Position numbers and translations under genes: made by a program. Positions 25,832 to 38,500 of a DNA stretch of 64,000 nucleotides are shown piece after piece. Position 1 is the first letter of the stretch, and each line of letters starts with the position of its first letter. This stretch comes from Raillietiella orientalis (lineage: Eukaryota): the NCBI GenBank assembly GCA_036172245.1, contig JAYWIR010000035.1:744001-808000 (forward strand), given 5' to 3'. The notes under the pieces are model-generated. The model did not search any database and was not told where the DNA came from. It was given only the letters and a program-made list of their open reading frames with translations.

Positions 25832-27758
25832 TTGCCTACGAACATTTCTTTCAGCAGTCAAGACGCGTCTGGCGTGCCCGTTAGGCGCGACATGAGGCAG
25901 GAAGGCAGCCTGAGTCCCCTGCACTTCAGCACCCACTTTGAGTTGGTGCTGAGAGCACACAGGGAGACTCTGGCAACCATTCCGAGCTCGTGCCCTGGCA
26001 CACCTTCCGTGTTGACGTATGCCGACGATCTTCTGCTGCCTCTCCCTATGCTGCCGACCCCCCGCGTCAGCGCACGAGGGCTTCTCCGCTGGACGGCTTG
26101 GAAGGGGACAGGGGAAAATCGTCGGCGATGGATCCGCTTGGGGTTCCTTACGGGAAGGTACTTGAAGTACTTTGGTGTTCAGTGGGGGAACTTCTGCCTT
26201 GAAGAAGCCCGGTCAGATCGTCTCCAGAAGGTAGAGTTGGCGCTCGGCCCGTTCCTGGAGGGCAGGTTGTATTTGTCGGAATGGGCCGTGATCTGGAACG
26301 CGTTCTCCGCTCCTCTCCTCCATCCCCTGATTTTTGTTTGTCTCTCCCCCCAAGAGGCAAAAAATCGGACGAATGACCTCCTACGAATCTCCCTGTGGGG
26401 AGCAATAAGAGGTCCCGAGTCCAGCTGAAGGACCTCTGTGCCGTGCCAGGACGGTGGCCCCGGCCACCTGACGTTGCAGCGAATGGAGATCCATCTGCAA
26501 TGGTGAGCGATATCCATCTCAGAGAAGTATCGGAGCACCCCGTGTCGCGTTCCTGAGTGCCTCCTCGCCAGCCGTGTGTCCCATACGGAAGGACTTGCCT
26601 CTTACCTTTTGTGCTCTGTCCGAAAGGTGAGAAGATGCGGTCTCCTCCTCGGACGCATGGCTACCTTGAAGAAGGAGAGCCTCTGCACGGCCTGCTGCCC
26701 GCCACCTCTAGCGACTGGCTAGAGGAAACTGTTGGCACGTGGGCGAAGATGAGTGAGCCCAGCTCGGAGAGGTTGGCCTGTCTACAACTCGGCATCTGTA
26801 CCTGCTGCTCGCCGCGGAAGATCCTGCAGTGTCCTAACATGATCACGTGAGCGTCCCCTCGCTGCATTGATGCTCTTCCCGAGGAGGGTACTTGACAGCA
26901 GACAACTGTGTGGTGGGAAGTCTCCTGGGAGATCGCAGTCAGGAGGAAGTTGATGAGTCGATGGACCGTGGGGCAGCTGACCGACGCTGCGATTCCAAGT
27001 GCCCTTCCGCGAAGACTAGAACGCTGGGGCGGGCTGCTCGGGAAGACCTGAAGAGGCCCCCAGAGTTCTCAAACAGCAGCGTCCTCCTCCTGAAGTGTTA
27101 GGAGTCAGCACTTTTTCTGTTGCACTGGGTCTCCCCTGCAGCTCCCGCCGACATCATTGGATACTGGGGGGCGTGAGCCTGGACTTTCGCACGTGTAGGG
27201 AACGAAATTTCCTCCCGCACCTACTCGTTGACCGTTGTTGCTTTCCGGCTCCTATGAGAACGTTTTGGGACGACCCTGCGGAATCCAGTTGGCAAGCTCA
27301 GGGATGTGGAAAAACTCCTCTTCTCGCGGGATGCCCTACCGCCAGCTGCAACCTTAGCAGCTCTGTGCTGCATCCGTGGGATTGTGGGGGCATGGAGTGG
27401 CGCTGAAGGAGGACCGTGCGAGAGGGGCTCCATAGAGCACGCACTTCGCTTTTTGCGGATAGCAGCAAGATGGTCCCGCCTGGGTGCAATCGGGACCGAC
27501 CTAGCCGGCATCCTGAAAAGGATGCGGAGGACTCCTCCAGCGGACTATGATCCCTTCGCGGACTGCCATACTGTTTTTATTTATTTTCTTTTTCTTTTGT
27601 TTCCCCCTCCTCTCCGCTGCTTATGTGACCCCCGCCGGTCTGCGCACCTGCAGGAGTCACCATGCACAAACTGAGCGTGATAGTACTACGCATGACCCCC
27701 ACAATTTGTGAGTTTTCGTTTAAATTTTCATAAACACTTCAGCGTCTCCGGGTGGAAA
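25832..27758 (+). mobile_element. 5'-truncated Tx1/L1-clade LINE (RT C-terminal half, zf-RVT-like domain, 3'UTR)
   Basis: VRRDMRQEGSLSPLHF (RQGxPLSP), VLTYADDLL, YLKYFG, CQDGGPG, LGLPC..CRERNFLPHLLVDRC; terminus ATAAACACTTCAGCGTCTCCGGGTGGAAA. Confidence 0.9.
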
Positions 27759-27779
27759 TCAGAGACAACAAGGACAAGG

Positions 27780-28060
27780 GTTCCCTCTCAGGATGGAATC
27801 CGTTCCTCTCACCTTCCTAAGGGTGGGAGGAATGGACTCCATCCTCGGGGGTCTTCCTGTATTCATAGGATGGTTCCCTCCTAGGGTACCCCTTATAACT
27901 TGAAGGCTTACGCGCACCCTCGGGAGGCGTGGCTGTTGCTAAAGAGACTTGTGAGTCTCTCCTAAGAAGGCGAACGGTTCTTCAGCACTTGGAAAACCCA
28001 AAAAAAAGAAAACTTGAAAAAAAAAGAAAGCTGAAAGAAAACAGCAAAAGCAGCAGGAGA
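27780..28060 (+). mobile_element. SINE 3' part with long hairpin and A-rich tail
   Basis: Aligns to the reverse complement of 19470-19690 (ATTCATAGG..CCCTCC..CTTGAAG..GCACCCTC..GGCGTGG..TAAAGAG..A-rich). Contains an ~25-bp imperfect stem at ~27791-27845. Confidence 0.7.
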
Positions 28061-28069
28061 ACCCAAAGG

Positions 28070-28990
28070 GACTTCCATCATCGTTTTGGGTTCTTCTTAA
28101 GGATGGAATCGCATTTCATCGCTCGTGTGAATTCTGACGAAATAGCCGGAAAACCGCATGTGCATACCAACCGGCAAGAAATGCTGTTTGAAGCGGCATG
28201 AAAGTCTAGACCATCCTCCTGGAACTCGCTTCCGCGCCGGAAACCCTATCGCTAGCAACCAAGGTAGCTGCTTCGTTCTTGAGGCTTCACTTCTGATCCA
28301 ACGACCTCCACGTACTCCTCTCTCCTCCACTGATCAGCAGCATCCTTCTCATCTCAAGAGCAACGGTTCCTTCCTCCTTGGTCACTTCCGGTTTTCGTTC
28401 AACCCTTCTGTGATGGTTTCATCCCGTTCTTCGCATGCCAGTTTGCGAGAGCACTCGAGGTAATACGGGTGCTACGGCCAGGTGACCTCGGACCCTTTGG
28501 TAACGAGTACTGGAGCAAGCTACAAAAGAAACGTCCTACCAGCTTCACTTGCTAGGCAGATTCTGCCCCTGACTCACCGCGAAGGTGCCGTCTTCCTCAT
28601 TCGCTGATCCATCACGAACCATCGAATGAGATCCAACCCTCTTGGTTTCGTTTCCATGGGAGCATGCGAAGCTCCTTCACTCCACTGGGAAAGGCATTTT
28701 CGGGATCAGCTGCCATCCTCCATTTTCTTCAGCTCTGGAAGCGGCCTGGATTCCGAAGGGCTCTCCGTTCCTGAGGTGCATTTCGCCTTTTCGCGTTGGA
28801 ACCGCATGGCACTAAGCAAGCCTTCAGCCTTCGCAACGGCTATGCCCTCTGGAACGTCACATTCTTTCTATCGCTCGGCTTCTTCCTGAGCGCTCAGAGA
28901 TCTCCCAGCGGAAATCTTGGAGTCTTCGCCTCCCGTGAGCGCGAGCAGAAGTGCTGTCCACGTGCATTCTTTACTTGCAGAATACGCTAG
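28070..28990 (+). mobile_element. Decayed LINE ORF1-end/APE-endonuclease-like fragment
   Basis: Patchy similarity to 33.0-33.5 kb and 40.9-41.6 kb; NGYA..(ERH)FFLSL resembles the APE NVYAP..FF motif. Confidence 0.4.
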
Positions 28991-30139
28991 ATTTTTTTTT
29001 CCTGAAATACAATAGAAAACCTACTCTCCTCACCCCATTCCTTCCGCCCTTTTAGATAGTCCGTTGACAGCATGGAGGTAAGCAGCTCTCGTTCCAAACG
29101 TGGAAGGAGGCCTTCAGGCCAGGGGAACTCAGGGTCCCGAGACTCGAGTTCTTGTCGTCGAGAGAACGGAGCATGGTGCGGCGCTGGCGAGCTTCGGAGA
29201 GGGTGTGCACCTCCCGAGGGCCCGCTGAAGATGCCTCGACCATTTGGAATGCGGGTCTCAGAGCACCCCCGAAACACTGACGCGGGTGCGGACTCAACCG
29301 GGAACTGGTAGGACTCACTCCCCAAGAAATGAGTGTCGCGAGAAACGCCCGGCTACCGAGGCACCCTTCTCCTCCCGGCTCTGGAGCGGGAAGCCCCTCG
29401 GAAGGGTGCAGTGCCGCGTCCGGGACGTAACTGAAATCCACCCACGCAGGTCATTGCTTCCTCCTGTGCCGCAGCTTGCCTCGCGCCGGCCGGGGAGGAA
29501 CGCTCCTCTTTGCGCGCACGCATTCTTTCTTGCAGTGCTGGTCAACCGCGGAGGAGGAGTTCTTTCCCGTCTATTGGTCCCGGCCTGCATCCTGACTTCC
29601 TCCCCTTTCCAGTCACCGCAGTTTTTGTCGCTGCTCCGCGTCCAGCCTCTCCATCTGAGGGTCTCCGGTGCGCAGAAGCCTCCCATCTTCATCTTCGACA
29701 CGTGTGTTCCTCGGCATGTGATCGCTAGCTCCTTCCTTCCGGTTTCAGGGACGGGTGCGTGAGAACTTGCAGCGGGAGTATCACGCCGACTCACGGATCG
29801 ATCACGGTTCGAGCAGCGGATGATTTTCTAATCAGCCAATTAGCTCAGCGCTTCCCCGACTCCGTTCGAGCGCTTTTCGACTGCTCTGACAGGTGTTCTC
29901 CAGCTGACAGAAGAGAGGGTGGAGGGAGTCTTGGTCCAACCGGGTCATGGGTATCCCTCCTGAATCCTACTCTCTTCCCTTCCTTGAGAGGGATCCTCTT
30001 GGTCCTTTCGTAGTCCCCCCCTTTATAACATCCGAGAGATCTCGAGCTCGTCCTTACCAAGACGAAGATCATCTCCAGCAGCAGATCATCAATGCGGGCC
30101 GTAGCCACACACCCGCATTGGCAGCGGCCCCGCAACTCT

Positions 30140-31190
30140 TGGTGCCACGGCCTCTGCGCGTGGCACAAAGAGTTGCGGGTTCGAGTCCCGCGTGGGGGGA
30201 TCTACGCCGAGAATGGGGAGTGCGTGTGGGTTTCGAGTTCTACTCGCACGATGACACTAGTTGGCCTGTAGGCTTCGGAGTGTGGAGGTATCGGTTGACA
30301 CCCGGTCATGTCGGGGCGTTTATTTATAAAAAATAAACGAACACGTCTGTCGCAGGACGTTTGATCCTGCCACTTTACTTATAACTACGAGAAGGAACCT
30401 GCCGGGAACTGGTACGCAGACCATCAGCGTTCGCCTCTGCAGCACAGAGGAAGGGGAGACAAACAAAAAGAAAAATAAAATAAAACAAAAAACATACGGT
30501 CAAAGAAATGGGGGGGGAGGGGTTCAAGAAGGGATTACTGTGTCCTCTGAATCCTTGCAAGGATGCCGGCAAGTTCCTGTTTCAAGACTCCTAGATGCCT
30601 CTTCATGAGACATCTTGGCTCTGTCTCATGAAGAGGACAGCAAAATAGATGGCGTCCCTGTCAGCCATAATCCCGCCGCGTAGGCCGCACAGTGCTGCTG
30701 GGGAGGCGGCCGGCATGAGGGCGTCTCGCAGGAAGAAGAGCTTTCAAACGTCTCTGACGTTGCTGCCGGGGGTTCCAAGGGTCGTGGCAAAGCGTCCCGA
30801 AAGGGGCCGAAGGGCAATGCAGTCCACTAAGATATGTGGGAGGAATTTCTGCTCCCCGCACCTGGTGCAGTTCGGGTTCACCCCTCCCCCCCTGTGTCCA
30901 ATGATTCCAGCAGACGCTGAACGGAAGGCCCTAGTTCAGCAGCAGCATCAACGCCGACTCCTGCCACTTTAATGGGAGGATGCGGGTGCTCATGGGCACC
31001 AGGGGTCACTAAAAACCTTCCTCCGTAATACTGGAGGTATCGATGGAATCTGGAAACCGAATTTCTCCGTTGACTGGCTACGATTGGAAGCTGACCCTCC
31101 GGCGTCCCTCCAGGAATTAAAGGGGAAATTCCCTTCAAGGTTCCCCTCCGGTTGAGAAAATGGAACCGTCCCTCCGCCCTCAAGAGGTTG
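30140..31190 (+). mobile_element. tRNA-derived SINE split by an antisense LINE insertion
   Basis: Head CCTCTGCGCGTGGCACAAAGAGTTGCGGGTTCGAGTCCC at ~30150. The body resumes at 31043 (GAAGCTGACCCTCCGGCGTCCCTCCAGGAATTAAAGGGG), colinear with other copies. Confidence 0.78.
30294..31031 (-). mobile_element. 5'-truncated Tx1/L1-like LINE with 11-bp TSD
   Basis: TGGAGGTATCG at 30283-30293 and 31032-31042. Interior encodes zf-RVT-like (NPNCTRCGEQKFLPHILVDC) and C-terminal motifs; ends AATAAACGCCCCGACATGACCGGGTGTCAAC. Confidence 0.9.
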
Positions 31191-31370
31191 CATCTCCAGA
31201 GTGTCGAGAAGGCCATCTTCGGAAACTCCACCATCGACGAACCTACGAAGAGGGGCAAGATCACAATGCAAGGCAGAAGAGGAGTATGCCGATCCTAGCT
31301 TCCAGGCATCCAGGTTCAAAGAGGAGCATCCCCTGCGTGGGGCAGCATCGTGCATCGGAGCACTTCCTTC

Positions 31371-31508
31371 GGGTTTGGTTCAGAATCCCGAATGCCAAAT
31401 TTCCGAACGATCATTGAAAATATATATATATACACGTACATTTTATATATCAATATATGCGTGCTTATTACGTTCGGGGACCCGGTGTTCGAAATTTCGA
31501 TCGGCGCC
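31371..31508. mobile_element. Short non-autonomous MULE-like MITE
   Basis: Imperfect TIRs (GGGTTTGGTTCAGAATCCCGAA.. / ..TTCGAAATTTCGATCGGCGCC), AT-rich core, flanks CACTTCCTTC / TATTTCCTTC (8/10 TSD). Same ends as 40139-40512. Confidence 0.7.
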
Positions 31509-31519
31509 TATTTCCTTCA

Positions 31520-34450
31520 TGCCGGAAGGGATGTGAGGCTCGTGTACTTCAGAAGCATCCGTGTAGCTCGATTGAATCTCCCGCCTGCGCGCGCACCACC
31601 CACCAGTAAAGGGGCAAAACAGATACGCAGAAGATGCGAGGAATGGCGAGAATCCCCCCTCCCCGCATCGCGTCGTCGACCACCACCATCCCTGACTCTA
31701 TGAACAGAGAGGGACACGAATAGCTCCCAGGTAGCACGTTCAGCAGGGGAATCCGGCAGCCCAAACCGGGCTGGTTCCATGGTAAGCCAGACTTGGCACT
31801 CTTTGGAGTGCCAAGTCTGGTTTTCCACGAGAAAGGGCACGGTGGTTTATGTGAGAGGGAACGTGGTTGCAATCGCATCCCTCCCACGGCATCAGAGGAG
31901 GCGAGACAGGCGAAAGAGAGCAAACGTTCCCGGACCGGCTGTCCGCCTGGCCTCGACGCGGTGGACCTGAAAACCTCGATGGCGATCGCCGTGGGACCCT
32001 GCGAACGGCAATGTACCCGGGACGCTGATGAACTCAGAAAGAAGGCAGGTGGCTTGGGAGGGAGGTGACCTGAACAACCATCGAACGCTCAAGAGCACCG
32101 TCACTGGAACCACGTTCCAGGTCGCCGTCCGAGTTGATCCCTTCCCTCCAGCCGATGCCAGCAGACGAGAGGAAGACTGGCTATGGAGAACGGCCACACT
32201 GTGCTGACGTTGGACGTCAACCCATCGCTCATCTGCGCCTCCAGGCAGCGTGTGCTGCAATAAACTGCGCTCGCTGTCCGGAAGAGCAGACCGCGCGCTC
32301 CCGTAAGGTGCCCCTCCGAACTCTCTTCTGCGCGGTTGCCGTGGCGAACTGTGCCAGGCCGGCACGAAGCTCGGTGGAGGCCAGCAGAGATGGTGATATG
32401 GCCACAAGAGCTGAGAGCTGGGGAGGAAGGTAAATCGAACAGTCGAACAGCGCTGGGGCCCCTCTGAACTTTCCCTCAGGATGGATGGCGCTCGCTCGCT
32501 GAAGCGGACAGAATGACCTCGACCTATCCCCAAACTTGGAATGGGGGTGAGAAGTCTGCCTTGTTCAAACGCTGAGGCTCGGGCTGCTGGATGCGTGAGC
32601 ACCTACCGGTGGACCTATTCTGGTGAGCAGGGCGCATGGGCAGGATGAACCAAACGAGTTTATCGTCTTTCGGGCGCCGTTGGATTACGGCGCCCCACGC
32701 GATGCTCACCAGATCCCATGGAAGGTGATGCTCACCATGGGCAGTGGGACGGTGGCAACCACGGGAGTCGGAACCCCCGCTACAGCTCGGACCAATGGAG
32801 GTGCGAGTCTGAATGGTCCGATGCGAGAAGGTTCCACACGCAACCACAAGGTCCACGGGAGTACTGTGCAAACTTCCGGATTGCTGCCTGGAGTCGCGGT
32901 CCAGGCACATCCGAAGAGTAAGTTTTGCACTGAGATTCCATCAGAGGGGAGAAACTCCTTCCGTCATTGGAGGAAGACAGCCTCACCTTTCAGTGTCCAA
33001 ATCGCGAACGATGTTACAGACACTTTCACTATAGTTCACTGAAACAAATCTTCGCTTGCTGATGTCGTGGGGAGACGAGGAACATTCTGGAAGTGAAACA
33101 GCCTAAGAGCTCTTCCACTGGGGATTACTGCAGCCAGGAGAGCATCTTCCGTCTTCCGAGACGAATGCTAAACATCCATGCCAGGAACTCTCTTCTACGA
33201 AGTCTGCCTGTCTCCATCTCGAGTTGGCAATCCCGCCCAGCCCCGGAGATGAATTCTGAGCACATCTCAATATCGATTTCATTCCCTCCGCCGGTGAAGA
33301 AAGATCTGTTGGCGGGATGCTGCTTTGTCTTCCGGTGGCGATGTCCATAACTAAACAAATGGACGCCTGGGGCCGCTCCCCGAAAGGTTCGCGAGGAAGT
33401 GCTCCCCGTGTCCTCGGGAACCTGGCGCACGGCGTTCCGGGAGCGAATCGCTTCGCCCCACTGCCGTTTAGCCCGCCCACTTTCTGGATTCCAGGATTGC
33501 TTTTCGGACTTATCCCAGACTCACGGGCTTTGCTACTTCGGAGGTTGAATTGACAGCATTGTCCGCACCTTCTCCCGAAAGGTCTACGCCACCTCTTCAG
33601 CTCCCCCCGGTCAATCACGCTATCATCCAGGCAGGAGCTAAGGGCGCCTCCTGTCATCTGCAGACTTGCAGGGACATCTTGAGTTCTCAGCCTTTCCTTC
33701 ACGCGCTTTTCCCGATCCTCATCTTCTTCTGAGAGAGCAAGTGCTCCCGGTTTTCTGAGCCTTTTGGCTTCCGGCTGCCCGAAAACCTGTCCTGAGTGCT
33801 TCGGTTGGTGTCTTTGGCTTTTCCGACCGGGATGCCGCTGGGATCTCTCGTGACCGCCTGCACGGAGTGGCAAAGATGCCTCGCCAACCCTTTCAGCAGG
33901 GCGGTCGCGCGGGGGCAAATAAGAACAACATGCCTCACCAAAATGCTGCGTTCCCTAAATGGGGTCCACGTTTGCATCTGCCTGTCCAGCAGCACCTGGC
34001 TCGTTTGCCCCCCATTTCCTCCCTTTTCCCCACGAATCGGTGGGAGGTCTCCAAGGAAGCTTCTGTAGTCAGATGACAATCTAAAGAGTGCCTAATCCAC
34101 AGATCTCTCTCCCGCTTCCGACTCGACTCCCCGGGTCCCTGCATCAGGTTGCTACGTGGACTTTGACTTTCTTTGCCATCACAGAAGGGAGCTGCCGGAT
34201 GTTCCCCCATCAGAAGAGAATCCTTGGTGCTTGACTGGTCAGCCCGACTCTGTTCTCTTTCATACCAAATACTGTGGCTCCTTGATGGACTCTTCTTAAG
34301 CCAAAGACCATCCCGAAACCAGACCTAATACATCGAATCCCTGATCCACAGGAGCATCCTTCAAGGGGCCACGATGACCTTCGAGGCAGCGATGAGCTCA
34401 GAGCCTCCGACCACAGATACTTTCCTCACACCTAGAGGGCATTAGTGAGC
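31520..34450 (+). mobile_element. Heavily decayed LINE 5' portion (ORF1-like, APE-like, start of RT)
   Basis: Fragmentary motifs MLNIHAR (xLNVRG), EERSVGGMLL, LLLRRLN (GDFN position), DW..PTL and IESLIH in the expected order; many stops. Confidence 0.5.
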
Positions 34451-34869
34451 TACCCTTGGATGAGCCAAACTTCGTCATTCACACGCGTGTCTTTCTGGTG
34501 CTGCTGCGTCGCTGTGCGCGCGTGATAAATTGGACCCTGATGGGCCACATGTCAAGGGAGAGGATAGCGGGCACGCAATCCGTTTCCTTCCTCCCTCCCT
34601 CCTAGCGACCTCACGGGGATATCTCCACTGTTGGCTGGAATTATGGACATCCTCTTTCGGTCCTTCCATTTCACTGCTTTCCCTTCCAGCTTTCCTCTCT
34701 TTCTTTTTTTAATTCTCAAGAAGTCCTGGAGGACTGCTCGCCCCCTTAGGGTGGGGACCATCGGAGAGAATCGACGATGTCACCACATGGAAGGAGGGAG
34801 GCTCACAAGACTCTTGCAACACCGTCCACGCTCGCCACCCGAGGGGCGAGGTGAGAGTAACTCGGTCAG

Positions 34870-35410
34870 GGGGCAAAACCCCTCATTGATCCGGGAAGAC
34901 TCCGGGGGAAGCAGTCCGTTCCTCTCTCTTGGGAGGGAACCTCCAAGGGAACCTCTCCCTCCGGAGGGATCCCATGATTTGCGAGGGCCACTCCTGGTTT
35001 CTAGTCTGGAGAGGACCCCGCAGGGACGCCCCCAATTTCCTCTGAGGGGCGCTTCCCGGAGGGAACACAGCACGCTTCTGATACTCTGCAGAGGCAACCC
35101 CCCCCTCCAGAGAGCAAACAAGATGAAGGGTCTCCCCCTAGGAAGAGAGGGTGGGAGCGACTCCATTTGCACAGCTGGAGGGGAACCTCGAAGCGTCGTG
35201 ATTTCTGGGAGGACGCTGGGGGGTTAACGGGGACAGACGGTTTCCAACGCGCGTCCCACCAGTGCCGCACTTGATGTCCGTGGGCCAACTGGCGTCATCC
35301 TGCAGGGGGACGCGCACCCCCTGTTCCCGGCGTCGATACTTCCCTGGCTGGGATTCGAACCTGCAATGCTCCGTGCCGCGCGCGTCAGCCGCACGGGCAC
35401 CCGAAACGGA
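34870..35410 (-). mobile_element. tRNA-derived SINE copy
   Basis: GCGCGGCACGGAGCATTGCAGGTTCGAATCCC head; body and tandem units colinear with 21030-21672. Confidence 0.75.
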
Positions 35411-35599
35411 TGGCGAGTATCCCCACAACCCGCTTTCCCCCAGCAGCGTCCCTCGGTAGCGATATCTCCATGAGACCCCAGCGCCAGGGCTGAGTTCCCC
35501 ATGCTCGATTCTCACGGAGGAACCGCTAGTGTCGATGGCTGTCGACTTTGAGCTCCGCTAAAAGAATTCATCCTACTGTTCCACAGCTCATGGAAGCTG

Positions 35600-38500
35600 G
35601 ACCGAAAGCCGCCTCGGGCTCGGACTACACGGCTGTCCCGAAACGACGCTGGCGAAGGCATCCCAAGAGTGTGATCGCTGCCGCGTTCCGACCCCGCGAC
35701 CTGAGGCTCCTGCAAAGCCGTCACTCTTCCGGCGGACCTGCGGCGATCAAAGGCACTGTGAGGGTGAGTGCGCTCTCTGTGTAAGAGGGAAGGGGGGGCA
35801 CCTCCCTGCACAGCGCCGCCTGGACCGCGTGTCGCGAATCGATCTGCCGACCTTGTTGAGAGTATTGCCTCAGATCGCTCGGTCCGCACCGCCATTGATT
35901 CGGGCATGATCGGAATTCGTGCTTCGAGTCAAGGATCTGCACGCTCATGCGGCCGGCTAGCCGGCAGGGATGCTGCGACGCGGGGAGGGAAGGGGAGGGG
36001 TGGAGCAAGAACACTCCCCCCTAGGGTGTGCCCCGACGAGCAGGAGGGAAAAAGGGGGGGTTGCCTTCAACGGTTATTGTGAGCTGCGGACTTCATTCGA
36101 GGAAGAGGGTGAAGACAGAGAGGTAAGGGGAGGGGTCTGGCTCGTCGCTTCTGATGGATCCCAGCGTGCCGGACGGCAAGGCAAGGGGAGGCTGCGGCGG
36201 TTTCGATTCCAGATCTCCGTATGTCCCGCAGCCATGCATGTTGTTTTGCCCTCGCAGTCCCGCGCTCGCTCGGACCTCCACCTCCATCCCTCGGAGTCCG
36301 GCCCTGTGATCGAGCGTCCGGGAGAGCCGCAGCAGGGCTGTCGGGGGAGACTTCTGTTCATCTCGAAACACCGTGGGTGGGGGGTCTGTAGCCCTGGAAC
36401 GCTTCCGTCCGTGTGGCAACGATCCTCGTGACCGGACGTCCGCGATTCGCGATCACCTAAGACGTGTGCGATGCGACTGCTGAAAGGTCACGTGCTCCTC
36501 CCGATTCCCGCCCCTCCTCCACCCTCCTCTTCGGGAAAAGCCAACTTCGCGGCTCTGGCAGCTTGGGCACCGGAAGATGACGGACAAAGATGGACATCAA
36601 CCCGCTGCCCATTGCCCAGCAACAAGGCCCAGCCCACCTTCCGGGCTGCTCTTTCGCGCATCTCGCACGGGGACCGCAGTTCCCGGATGTGGAATCTCAG
36701 CACCTCCTCTCCGCTGGTGGTGCTGGGATTCTGCGGTTCGGCAGACTCGCCGCCGGCGAAGTCGTCGCTGGCGGGGCAGGATGCGAGGATGCGAGACGCG
36801 ATGGACCGACAAGGGGCAAAGTTGGGCGGGCGCCCCCGGTTCATGTAATGAGCACCAGGGTGTGTCCTTAAAAGGGAAGAACTTCCCTTCTGCGTGTGCC
36901 AGTGTGATTCGGCAACATTGGCGGACACACCCGCTGAACGGACCGGAAGGTTGGGAGCACAGCCAGAACATCCGCCCCTCTCTCTCCGAGTCGCGCTTTC
37001 CTGCAGCCACAGCAGAAGGTGCGAGGTCGAGCTCCCCTCGAGGTCGGCTGGCTTCACGCCGGGAGGGGGGGGGGGAGACCAGTGAGGCGCTCGGATAAGT
37101 CACTCGCCCAGTCTTCCACTACTTCGTCCCATCCCCGCGAAGGACGGAGCGGCGGCCATGGTGGAAGGCATCCGCCACCCCGGCTCACCCGCTCGGTGAT
37201 GGACTTCCCAAGGACTTTTGCGCTCCGATCCTCAGGGGAGAGCCTGGATCCTTTTCGGAGTCTAAGGCCCCCCGATACGCGTCCGACCGGGTCCTCTGGA
37301 ATGGTCACATCGAGAGGCTGCTCGGGAGGCGGCGCACCAACCCAGTCGAGCAGCCCCAACGAATGCCCGTTCGAAGAGCGCCTAGAAGGGCCCATGAAAC
37401 CTCGTGGGTCTTCCCCAGGAGAGGAGGGTGTGCCTGTCTCCTGCAGGAGCGCCTTCCCTCCTCGGAATCGCGAGCGCTCAAGTCCCCGCCCTCTCGTCGA
37501 AAGGGGGGACGCCTCCTCGCCTGCCGGCGCTGAGCCGAGCGGATTTCCTCCATCCGGAGTAACTTCCTGGACGTTCCGGGAAGGTGGCGGATGCAGGAGA
37601 CCCCCGTGAGCCAGGGAGATGGGTGTCACTCTCACGGGAGCCACGGAAGCCTGCGGCGCCGGCACCAACTCGCGTCCCCGGACCCAGAAACGGGGAGGGG
37701 TGACGTCGCCGCAGGGAATCGAGGCCACCACCGGCCCACTCCGGAGACCCGCGTACGCGCGCTTTTTGTGTTCTCGACTTCCTCGCGCCTCCCAGCTCAA
37801 GCTGGGAGGCGCGAGGTCCTGGCCGGAAGGGGATCAATCCCCTTCCTGCCAGGGGAACAGAGGAAACGAAATCACAGCTGCAGAATACGCCGAGACCGGA
37901 TGTACCGGAAGTGGCAGTCCCGGGTCATCTTGTAGATGACGGAGGTCGCGAGGTCGTTCCTTACTGCCGTCAGCTCCCTTCTCATACTCGTTGGCCACCT
38001 CTAGGAAGTGACCTAGGTGATCACCCGTCCCCAGGGCGAAGAGCTTCCAGTCGCTGGCGCGGAACCGCTGGCGGTCTCGGAAGGCCCTGGTCCCTCCTTC
38101 GAGGCGGTACATCACGGAGTCACCGCCGCCGCCATTGCCGTTAGAAACCGCCAGGAAGGTGTCCGAGTGGATGCGGAGGATCTCGGTGGTGCGCACCGCG
38201 TCCACGCGGTCAAAGGGCCGCCTGACCACCGGGAGTAGGCACTGTCTTCTCTTCCCCGGGAGGTGCTCTCATGGCCGACCTCCCCGGCGCTGCTGACCAA
38301 CCGGAAGGTCCCGCTGAAGCCGTCGCTGCAAACCTTGACCGCCGAAGGGAAGGACGTCCTCGGAGTCTGCACCTACGCTAGCGAGGGCGCGGAGACCGGG
38401 TAGCGGACGCGGAACGGCGAGGCTACGAGCCGCCTCCGTCGGCCAAGTCTCCGGGTTGAACTTTTTGTATGGGCGTTTCTTGTGTCTTGGAGGGATACAT

